A stretch of 20,000 nt of DNA, taken from NCBI RefSeq assembly GCF_038025025.1, contig NW_027117349.1:1415839-1435838 (forward strand). The letters are read 5' to 3'. Below the pieces are notes generated by a model. The model was not told where the DNA came from, searched no databases, and was given only the letters and a program-made list of their open reading frames with translations. Shown in pieces: positions 1 to 8,614 of this stretch. This DNA comes from Phyllosticta citribraziliensis. Its lineage: Eukaryota. The translations under genes were made by a program, and so were the position numbers. Numbering within the stretch: position 1 is the first letter of the stretch; every line of letters starts with the position of its first letter.

Positions 1-602
1 ACAATGACGATGACTTTTCCTGGACGCAAGAAACTCTCGAGTTGGTCACGTTTTCCTTTCTCTTGATTCGGCAGCTCTTCTGTAGCACCCTCTCCCTCAG
101 TGCGCTGAGAAAAGGAGGCGCCATGTCCATAGAACCGTCATGGATAAGTGTTGAAGTGCTTCATCATTGACCTACGACGCTCGCCAGCATGGAATGCTGC
201 GTTTAGATTGTGTGCTGCTGCGGTCGTGTCGAACTAAACTCCAACTCCAACCCCAAAGGCGCAAAAGAGAAGAAGAGTTCAATGCCGCGGAGCCGGGAGA
301 AAGAGACAGTACGATGTGATCCACATGCTGTAGAAAACAAGTTCTCTCTCCGCACCTGAAGCTCTGAACAGGCGTCCAGCTTTCAGTTGTCGAGCCTCTG
401 CCCGCTCAACCTTCCGACTTTTATACTCCGACTCAGTGACTGAGTGGCCTAAGCGCCGCACACGACACATGCCACATGCCCTCATACGCTACTGGCTTGT
501 GGTCTGGATAGCACACGATAGTTGACAGTTGACATGTGAGCGAGCCAGCTGGCGACAGCGCATATGACAGTCTGCCATGTGAAGGGAGGGAGGGAAGAAG
601 GG

Positions 603-609
603 TATAAAA
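603..609 (+). promoter_or_regulatory. TATA-box-like element (TATAAAA) with no convincing downstream CDS
   Basis: GGGTATAAAAG at 600-610, followed by a pyrimidine-rich tract at about 860-972. Only low-complexity ORFs lie downstream. Confidence 0.25.
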
Positions 610-1003
610 GACTGCTCAGGCCGCACTTTTGATGGCATCGACAGCCGTTGACGCCATGGCAGGCGCGTACCGACACTGGGTTACTTGGAACAAGTTGTTG
701 AAGAGCAGATCACTTTCTTTGCGCGGCCGGCTGCTCGCGTTCAATTCAAGAACCCAACGTCCCAGAGATTGTGTCTCGCAGCTTTTCGCGATGGCGTCTA
801 TCCGCGTCAGCACACAGCATAGAAAGTCAGCATCGTCGAGTCATGCCGCTGAAGGTTCTCCATTCCCTCTCACATCCACCTCTTCTCGAGCCTTCCCTTC
901 TCCTATCTTCTTTTCTTTTCTCTTCTCTTTTCTTCCCTTCGCTTCCCTCCTCTTCCATTCCCTTCCCTTCCTGCACCAAAGACGAAAACCAGATGTCTAC
1001 ATA

Positions 1004-1026
1004 CAAGCCTAGTCAAGCCTAGTCAA
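1004..1026. repeat. 10-bp tandem duplication (CAAGCCTAGT x2.3)
   Basis: caagcctagt caagcctagt caa read directly. Confidence 0.8.
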
Positions 1027-1478
1027 ATCACTCAGCCAAAAACCAAGCACAGGCAGATCAGACGAACGCTCCCACCACGGACGCATGTCGGCGACTGCCT
1101 AATCCAGCTAGCGCCGCCAAGCGCGCGTACAAAAGGACGCTCCATCTGCGGCGACGACTTCTCGACAAATCCACACACATTCGCTCACGCTTGTAGTGCA
1201 ACATCCCTAACAAGATGGACACTGGTCGTGAGGACTGGTTTCACCGCAACATCGAATTGTTCTGCGCGGCGGACGGGGGTCTCGCGATGCTTTTTGCTTT
1301 GTGGGGGTCTCTGTCGACGTGAAAGGGTTGTGGCGGACATCAGCATCACTGCCATGTAATGGAGTCGAGGTAAGAGGTTATGTACATGGTATGCGAAGCG
1401 GACCAGTGGCCCTTCTTTCTAATGCAAGAAACCGTTTGATGCAAAAGCGCGCCATGCCATGCAAAAATGCAACGATGT

Positions 1479-2668
1479 CTAGTTCCCCTTCTTGTTCTTC
1501 TCCTCCTTGGTCGGCGGCGTGTACCCGCCGCTCCACAAGACGCTCAGCCGCGGGACGAAGCGGCCGACCTGCTCCTGATACACGGGATACTCGTCGTACT
1601 TGCCGGCAGTCAGCAGCTCGGTGAGCCACGTGCTTCCCTGGAACAGCATCAGGTAGAACAGAGCGCCCAGCCCCGACCAGTTGTACACCGTCTGCGTGTG
1701 GAAGCAGCCCCATTGGTATAGGAGGACCCAGATGGACTGCTCGGCGACGAAGTTGGGGTGCCGGCTGATGGACCACAGGCCGTGCGTGTTAAAGCCGCGG
1801 TCGAAGTCTGCGCGCGTGTACGGGCTGTTTGGAGGCATGACGCCGGTGCGGAGGTATGTGTGTTTGGCGTTTTGGTAGTCTGAGTGAGTCGTTAGATTGG
1901 GTGTGGATGGCGGCGCGGAGGACTTACTCCACTGCTGCTGGTCGGCGAACCATTCGAGCACGACGAGTCCGATGAGGACGCGCGAAAAGATCACATCAGG
2001 CAGGGTCATGCCTTGGCCGGCGAGGGAGGAGCTGAGGAGGAGGACGTAGGCAGGGGTAGCGACAAGGAAGAGCAAGACCTGGGACGTTAGCGTAATCGAC
2101 AGATATCGAGAGCGAACTCACGCTTTGAATGGTCGAGATAAAAGTGACATTGAAGAGGAAAAAGATCACTGGGTGGACATAGTTCTTGATTACTTCCCAA
2201 CGATAGTCTTCGGAGCCAATGCTGTATCCGCCTCGACGCCAGTAATTAAAGGTCAAACGAATCTGCAGTCATGAGCCAGGGCCGGGAGAAAAGACGAGGG
2301 ATCCTCACGCTCCAGAGACAGCTAAACGCAAAGACATTGTCAATCAGCTGCGTCGGTAGACCCGATAGATGGGCCCATAGTGTGAAATTGGCGACATGGA
2401 TTGTGGGGAGCAAGCTCCACAGACGATCGACCTGGGAGTAGTTTCTGTTGATCTCGGAGACGATCAAGAAGATTGGCGCAAGGGCGAGGGAAAAGGCAAA
2501 GCCCGACACCAGAGGGCTGGTGGAGAGGTAAATGGACTTCAGCGCGTCGAGGTCGGTGATGTTGTCCAGGACTTGGAATGGCAGGGCCTTCAACTGGGGG
2601 AGCAGGGGCTCGACCGACTTGAAAAAGTCGGCGCAGTCGGCGAGCGAATTGACGGCGGGCAGGGCCAT
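1479..2668 (-). CDS. DUF1295-family (steroid 5-alpha-reductase C-terminal-like) integral membrane protein, about 350 aa. Exons 2668-2309, 2262-2122, 2078-1928, 1879-1479; alternative in-frame ATG at 2689.
   Basis: Spliced translation gives family-typical motifs NYSQVDRLWS, RLTFNYWRRGGYSIGSEDYRW, EWFADQQQW, GLWSISRHPNFVAEQSIW, LFQGSTWLTE and KYDEYPVYQ. Introns 2263-2308 (GTGAGG..CAG), 2079-2121 (GTGAGT..GCTAAC..CAG) and 1880-1927 (GTAAGT..CTAAC..CAG) keep the frame. TAG stop at 1479-1481. Confidence 0.88.
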
Positions 2669-2689
2669 GTTGGCCGCGACGAGAGGCAT

Positions 2690-2980
2690 GGCGGAGGGTG
2701 AAGAGAGAGAGCTGGAGGGACGAGGCCTGGAGTGACAAGAGGCGGTTGGCATGGATCACGTCACTACTGAGCGAGCCGAGATGATCGGCACAAGGGTCCC
2801 AGGGCGCCGGGCCGGGCAGGTCGACGGCGGCGGCGGAGGACCGGACGCGACTCGTCGACTCGACCAACGCGGCAACCGTTGTCGATGCTCTCGACGCGTC
2901 TCCGCCCTCGTCTTCTTCCTCTTTTCGCGTGCGCTCTGCGAAGACGATTCGCCACCGCCCATGGATCAACCCGTCGAAAC
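2690..2980. promoter_or_regulatory. Short divergent (bidirectional) promoter between the DUF1295 gene and TOP3, with MCB- and SCB-like sites
   Basis: About 290 bp between opposed start codons. ACGCGT at 2894-2899, CGCGAAA on the minus strand at 2923-2929, and further CGCG cores near 2846 and 2868. Confidence 0.55.
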
Positions 2981-5225
2981 ATGCCCAAAATCCTGTGCGT
3001 GGCCGAGAAGCCGTCCATAGCAAAGGCCGTTGCCGGACACCTTTCTGGTGGTCAAATGCGCGCCGTAGGTTTTCGCTGCGGAATCGACAACAGCCCAAGC
3101 TGACCCGACCAGATCAAAGCCCGAGGATGCGACTACATCTACAATTATGAATTCACCTACGACTTTGGCTCCCGCTGGGGCCACTGCAACGTCGTCATGA
3201 CTTCAGTCGTCGGTCACTTGAAGGCGCTGGAATTTCAGCAGCCAAACCACAAGTCATGGGTCGGCTGCGAGCCCAAGGACCTCTTCGACGCCCGTGTCGA
3301 CCAGGAAGTGTACAAGGACAAGAAAGCAATCGCAAAGAACATTGAGAACCAGGCAAAGTACTGCAAGGCGCTGTACATTTGGACCGATTGCGATCGCGAG
3401 GGAGAACACATTGGCACCGAGGTTCGCTTCGAAGCGTACAAGGGAAATGCGAGGATCGAGGTCAAGAGGGCGAGGTTCAGCAACATTGAGAGGGCGCACG
3501 TCCTTGCTGCCGCACGGCGCCCCATCGACCTGGACGAAAGACAGGCGCAAGCCGTCGAGGCGCGCATGGAGCTGGATCTTCGCATTGGCGCCGCCTTTAC
3601 CCGCTTGCAGACGTTGCAGCTGCGACCCGTCATTGCCCGCGTCCATGGGGACAATGAAATCATCAGCTACGGGTCCTGCCAGTTTCCCACGCTCGGATTC
3701 GTCGTGGACAGATATTTCCGCGTCAGGAACTTTGTGGCAGAGCCATTCTGGAACATCAAAGTGTCTCATGTCAAGGACGGCATCAAGGTCAATTACAGCT
3801 GGAAGCGGGGCCACTTGTTTGACCGCATGGCCGTCGCCGTCATCTACGAGCGGTGCCTGGCGGCGAAACTGGCCAGGGTGACCAAGATGCAAAAGAAGCC
3901 AACCAGCAAGTGGAAGCCTCTGCCCCTGACGACTGTCGAGCTGCAAAAGATGGGCAGTCGGTTTCTCCGCATGGACAGTCAAGCCGTCATGCACGCAGCC
4001 GAGTCGTTGTACCAAAAGGGATGGATCAGCTACCCCCGTACCGAGACGGATCAGTTTGACAGGGCCATTGACCTCAAGAAGATTATTGAGAAACAGCAGC
4101 CGGATCGAGACTGGGGTGGCTTTGCGCAGCATTTGATGGGTGGAGGTTTCAGCCAGCCACGGAGCGGGAGAAACAACGACCACGCCCATCCGCCGATCCA
4201 TCCCGTCAATTACACGACCAGGCAGGCGCTCGCCAACGAGCACGAGAAGCGAGTGTATGAATTCGTGGTGAGACGGTTTTTGGCGTGCTGCTCGCTCGAC
4301 GCCAAGGGCGAGGCGACGGACATTGACATAGCTTACGGCAGCGAGGCATTTGCAGCGCATGGGCTGCGTGTGTTGGAGCGCAACTATCTCGACGTGTATC
4401 CGTACGACAAGTGGGAGAGCAGCCAGCAACTGCCGCAGTACGAGGTGGGCGAGCAATTCGAGCCAGACGAGGCGCTGATGGGAGAGGGCAAGACGTCGCC
4501 TCCCGGATATCTCACGGAGCCGGAGCTGATTGCATTGATGGATGCCAACGGAATCGGCACGGACGCGACCATGGCGGAGCACATTGCAAAGATCAAAAGT
4601 CGGTCGTACGTCATGACTCGGAGTAGGGGTGGTGGTGGAGGTCAGCGGGGCGGCGGTGAGGAAGGGGCAGCGGTAGCGGTAGGTGGGCGGGGCGGCAGGG
4701 GAGGCAGAGGTCGGGGGCGCGGTGGCAGAGGAGGCGCAACAGCCACGGCACGGAGCGGTGGAGGCGGCAACGAAGAGTTGATTCCGTCGACGCTGGGCGT
4801 GGCGCTGATTGTGGGCTACGACGACTATGGGTTTGAGACGAGCCTCAGCAAGCCATTTTTGCGAAAGCAGGTGCGTTTGCGAGTTGAATTTTGGAATTTC
4901 GGGGATCGTGTTGTGGGCGGATCACTTTGGGAGCGAGCTGACGGACGGACGGGGCGCCAGATGGAGGAGCAAATGCGCGCGATATGCGCCGGGACGATGA
5001 CGAAAAACGACGTGGTGCAAGCGAGCATCCACCAGTATCGCGACGTCTTTACGCGCACGACTGGCAATCTCGGGCTGCTCAAGAACGTAAGTGGTCCTGT
5101 CCCTCGGGGAGCGCGCAGGCGGGCACGTGTAGGGCGGGCACGAGCATGAGGGGCTGACGGGAGAGCACATGCAGGCGCTGCGCAAGTACGTGTTGAACGA
5201 GGCCGTCCAGCAGCGGACTCGGTGA
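2981..5225 (+). CDS. TOP3: DNA topoisomerase III (type IA), about 672 aa. Exons 2981-3064, 3113-4870, 4961-5086, 5175-5225.
   Basis: TOPRIM motifs ILCVAEKPSIAK, MTSVVGHL and IWTDCDREGEHIG; ELDLRIGAAFTRLQT; SYGSCQFPTLGFVV; active-site GWISYPRTET; AHPPIHP; GIGTDAT. Introns 3065-3112, 4871-4960 and 5087-5174 all have GT donors, GCTGAC branch sites and CAG acceptors and are phase 0. TGA at 5223-5225. Confidence 0.96.
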
Positions 5226-5729
5226 GATGCACGTGGAGCGAGATGCGGACAGAGCGGGCAGAGGTGGGATGCCGAGACGGCGGGGAAGGGAAAGGAAGTG
5301 AAGTGAGTTGTGGGTTGCCTTTCTCTGGCTGCAACTGGAAGGGAATGGTGGAGAGGAGAGGAATGCTGTGCCGGTGCAGCCCGACCAGACCAGACCAGCA
5401 AACTTGTACTGTGCCATGCCACGCCAACAGGGAACCACCCCTCGTCGGCCTGCGCGTGACGCCCGACGGACGGAGAGCGACGACGCTGAGGTGGAAACGA
5501 AGCTGATTGTTTTTCTGACCGGCACTTAAAAGAGTCATGGTGATGTTTTGGGTGTCGCGGCCTCCACTTCTTTGGCTGCCGCGCCCAGTGTTTATCGCTC
5601 TGGCAGCCCGCCAATGAGGGCTCCGAGCCGCCGCAGTGGTCGCTCCTTTGTCAACCATTAGCCTGATGCGCGACTGTGACCCCCGGGCCTAACCTAACCC
5701 TCTGCCACTCCTCCCATAATACCCTCAGC

Positions 5730-5835
5730 TACCCTACCCTACCCTACCTCTCACCTCCGCTCTACAACCCTACAACAACAAAGCTCCAACGCGTCCAGCA
5801 AACACCACCCAGTCCATCCCAGCCAGCCAGCCAGC
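5730..5835. repeat. Short microsatellites (TACCC)x3-4 and (CAGC)x4 in the C-rich leader upstream of STB3
   Basis: taccctaccctaccctacc at 5730-5748 and cagccagccagccagc at 5820-5835. Confidence 0.7.
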
Positions 5836-6123
5836 CCAGCCTTCGCCTCGCGCTCCCGCTCCGCCCAGTCCACTTCCGTCCTGTCAGCACTGCGCTGCAG
5901 CCCGCTCTTATATCAGCACACGCCGACCACGCGCTTCCGCTTCCGGCCGCCCTCCTCGCCCACCACCACGCCTCGTCTGTCCAAAAGCCCTGTCGCTCCG
6001 TCGCGTACCATCCAGAGACGCCCTCGCTCTTGTTCGTTGCTCCCCCGTCCACCATCTCCTATCGCCTCCACCGCTGACTCGTATTCGCACTTTCCCCAGA
6101 AATACCACCCGATCACCAGAAAC

Positions 6124-7335
6124 ATGGCCGCTGTACCTTCCAAGCCCGTCTCCCTCCTCGCCAACCTCTCCGCCTCTGTCCAGATCCCCAACACCCACGG
6201 CAAATCTTCCGGGGACCACCGCGCCATGCTGCCTACGCCCCCCAACTCCATTTCCCCGACCTTCCCTCCCCAGCGCAAGCCGCACGCCTCCTCCCTCCAG
6301 CACGTCGTCGATTCGGACGTCGAGCTGCTCGATGCCGACCACCACCCCGCTCCGCTCTCCAGCGCCGCTCTCTCGGGCCTCGAAGCCGAAGCCACCATTA
6401 CGCCCGCCATGCTGGCCAGGAACCACCTCCCCGACATGTTGCTCACCAACGGCCCGGTCGCCATCAAACACTTGCTCATGAACCTGGCGCAAACCGTGCC
6501 GGGCTTCTCGCGCATTCCCCAGGCAAAGGCGCGCCGCTTGGTCGTGGCTGCGCTCGAGAGCCGCACCGCCGCCGCCTCGATTCCAAACGGGGAGACGGCC
6601 TTTGAGAAGGTGGGATGGGGCCGCTGGGATGCTTATATCGTCGGTCAACCGAGGACGGACCGCGTTGCGGGTGCGGGAGCGGCGTCGGCGCCGAACGGCA
6701 TCCCGGTCGCCGGCTCTCACGCCCTGGCTGCCTTTTCGCCGCCTGCCAGCGTCCCCGAGAGCTACGCCGTGTCCAGTGGTGGTGGCCTCCAGATTCCACG
6801 CGTCGCCCAGGCCGCTCGGCGCTTCCCATCCCAGCGCCGCGAGGATTTGTATTCTGGGAGTTGGGCCGCAAGCTCCGCCCTCAGCGGCCGGGATCCCTCG
6901 GACTATGACGTCGACATGCACATGGCCGAGCATGAAGCCGACAAAATGTCGCTGGACGGCGACGACGACGGCTATGACTCACCCCCAGCCCCCGAGGCCC
7001 TTGATGAGGACTTGCAACTGGATGACGAAGACGACGCTACGGACGAGGAAGACTGGGCCGGCATGGGGGCTGAAATGCTACGCCAAGGCAGCTACCGCGG
7101 CTACGGAGGCGGTTTGGGTAGTGCTGGCGTCGTACGCGACTATAACCAGCTGTCAAAATCCGTGGCGAGGACCAAAACCAGCCCATCGAGGAGTCTACGC
7201 CCGGTCTCTCGAGGCGTCTCGATGAGCTATCAGGGTCCACCTGCACCCAAGGGATGGTCCAACATGGCCGGTCTACCAGAGAGCGTGCAGGAGAGAGAGG
7301 CGGCCGAAGCGCTACTCAAGATGGGCTCCATGTAA
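6124..7335 (+). CDS. STB3: Stb3-like Sin3-binding protein, about 403 aa, intronless
   Basis: Stb3 domain ITPAMLARNHLPDMLLTNGPVAIKHL...VPGFSRIPQAKARRLVVAALE...FEKVGWGRWDA, N-terminal LPTPPNSISP, acidic TDEEDW motif and C-terminal EREAAEALLKM. ATG at 6124 (AACATGG) is preferred over the TTG at 6037. Confidence 0.85.
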   Translation: MAAVPSKPVSLLANLSASVQIPNTHGKSSGDHRAMLPTPPNSISPTFPPQRKPHASSLQHVVDSDVELLDADHHPAPLSSAALSGLEAEATITPAMLARNHLPDMLLTNGPVAIKHLLMNLAQTVPGFSRIPQAKARRLVVAALESRTAAASIPNGETAFEKVGWGRWDAYIVGQPRTDRVAGAGAASAPNGIPVAGSHALAAFSPPASVPESYAVSSGGGLQIPRVAQAARRFPSQRREDLYSGSWAASSALSGRDPSDYDVDMHMAEHEADKMSLDGDDDGYDSPPAPEALDEDLQLDDEDDATDEEDWAGMGAEMLRQGSYRGYGGGLGSAGVVRDYNQLSKSVARTKTSPSRSLRPVSRGVSMSYQGPPAPKGWSNMAGLPESVQEREAAEALLKMGSM

Positions 7336-8400
7336 GGCCAAGTCTTTGATGAGCGTTCCGCTGGACTCGGCTACCGCCGCAATGGTGGACCCTTTTTTCG
7401 AATCTTTTTAACCACGACCAGCACTTTGACGTCTTGTCCGTCACAACAGCGTCATCTATCAAACATTGCGCGAGCCATACATTGACAGTGACGACCGACA
7501 CGCGCATCTCATTTTCACGACCATTCAACGCTTCCACCTCCGCGACTCTTCAACTCCGCGAACACACGACTTTACAACACAACTCTACTCACATAAAACA
7601 CTCGACTCTTTTTCAAACTCAAAATATCTCGCGACCTTCGCGACGACTGCGCAAGCGACTACCCCCTCACCCCGACCGAGCGCGTCACACTTTTTTACTT
7701 CTCATCGATACTTGGCAATTTTTGAATTCTTTGGGGCGGCGAACCCCCCCGGTATAGATGAGCGGCGGCTTCCACTTGGCGGCTTAAAAAAAGCCTGGAC
7801 AGTGCCCTTTTACGAAGACGACGACGACGATGGATGATTGAGATTGGCGGGCTCTCTCCGCGGCGGTGCGGGAAGCGGCGCGGCTTCCCCCCGCTCGCGT
7901 GTTGATGTTGCTTTTTGGAGCATGCAAGTAATTTTTGGCGGCATTGATTGCGCAGCCGGCGGCAGCAGCAGTACTCGGGAAGTGCAGTGCAGTGCCATTG
8001 GGCCCATTTCTCCTGCCCTGTCCGTTGTTAGTAATTGGAGCGACGGCTTTTTATGGAGTCGTCGTTGGGTTTGCATCGTTCTGGTCACAGGAATGGGTGG
8101 TCGAATGAAGGCAAAAAATGAAGAAGTAGTACGACGGTGGGATTAGGTATCTTGTCTTGTAGAGCCAGGGGAAACGGCCCTGCGGAATACCAAGGACGAG
8201 GAATTGGCGCCGATGCGATGAGCACGCGCTTTTTGACACCACACACACACATTTTGTGCCGAATGAGAGATCGTCAAGTGCATGAACATCTGATGTCGTT
8301 GACCGTCTTTCTCTACACACAGGCTGATTGCTACTAATGTAGTCAGTACATGTATGTATGTACGCTACCGGTGCCTAAAGGTAGGTAGCCAAGCCAAAGC

Positions 8401-8418
8401 GCCTAGCCTAGCCTAGCC
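8401..8418. repeat. (GCCTA)x3 microsatellite upstream of the P-type ATPase gene
   Basis: gcctagcctagcctagcc read directly. Confidence 0.7.
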
Positions 8419-8614
8419 CTACATGTACCTTGCCTATTCCTCTCCTGTGTGTATAAGCTTGTTAGCGCTAGCCACTCTATCTTGCATATCTAGTCCTACA
8501 TCCCTGCCCTGCCCCAAGCTTCTTCTTTTCGTGTTATCTTTTTCTTTTCCCCCTCTTGTCTCCAAGGTTTTCCTGCTTGCTTCACAACAACTCTGCGTTT
8601 CTGTTTTGCTTGTC

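Noticed and set aside
1..170. Minus-strand frame running off the window start (..HGASFSQRTEGEGATEELPNQEKGKRDQLESFLRPGKVIVIV)
   Set aside because: It looks protein-like, but an in-frame TGA separates it from the nearest ATG, there is no clear splice acceptor, and no family is recognisable. It cannot be judged without upstream sequence.
629..1022. ORFs 629-1012 and 771-1022
   Set aside because: The Phe/Ser/Leu/Pro-rich translations simply reflect a CT-rich tract; no domain or coding-like codon pattern.
3235..4614. Long antisense ORFs over TOP3 (for example 3254-4582, 442 aa)
   Set aside because: Shadow ORFs expected from high GC3 codon bias on the opposite strand; no recognisable motifs.
5908..6933. 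341-aa and 217-aa antisense ORFs over STB3
   Set aside because: Antisense shadows of a GC-rich CDS.
7336..8614. Several 66-123-aa ORFs between STB3 and the ATPase, and a possible metal-response element
   Set aside because: No domains or consistent splice signals; no clear clustered Ace1/Mac1-type sites that I can support.
8423..8614. Hydrophobic N-terminal extension of the ATPase from ATG 8423
   Set aside because: It translates a T/C-rich 5' UTR-like tract. ATG 8615 begins the Cys-rich coding-like sequence, although the upstream start cannot be strictly excluded.
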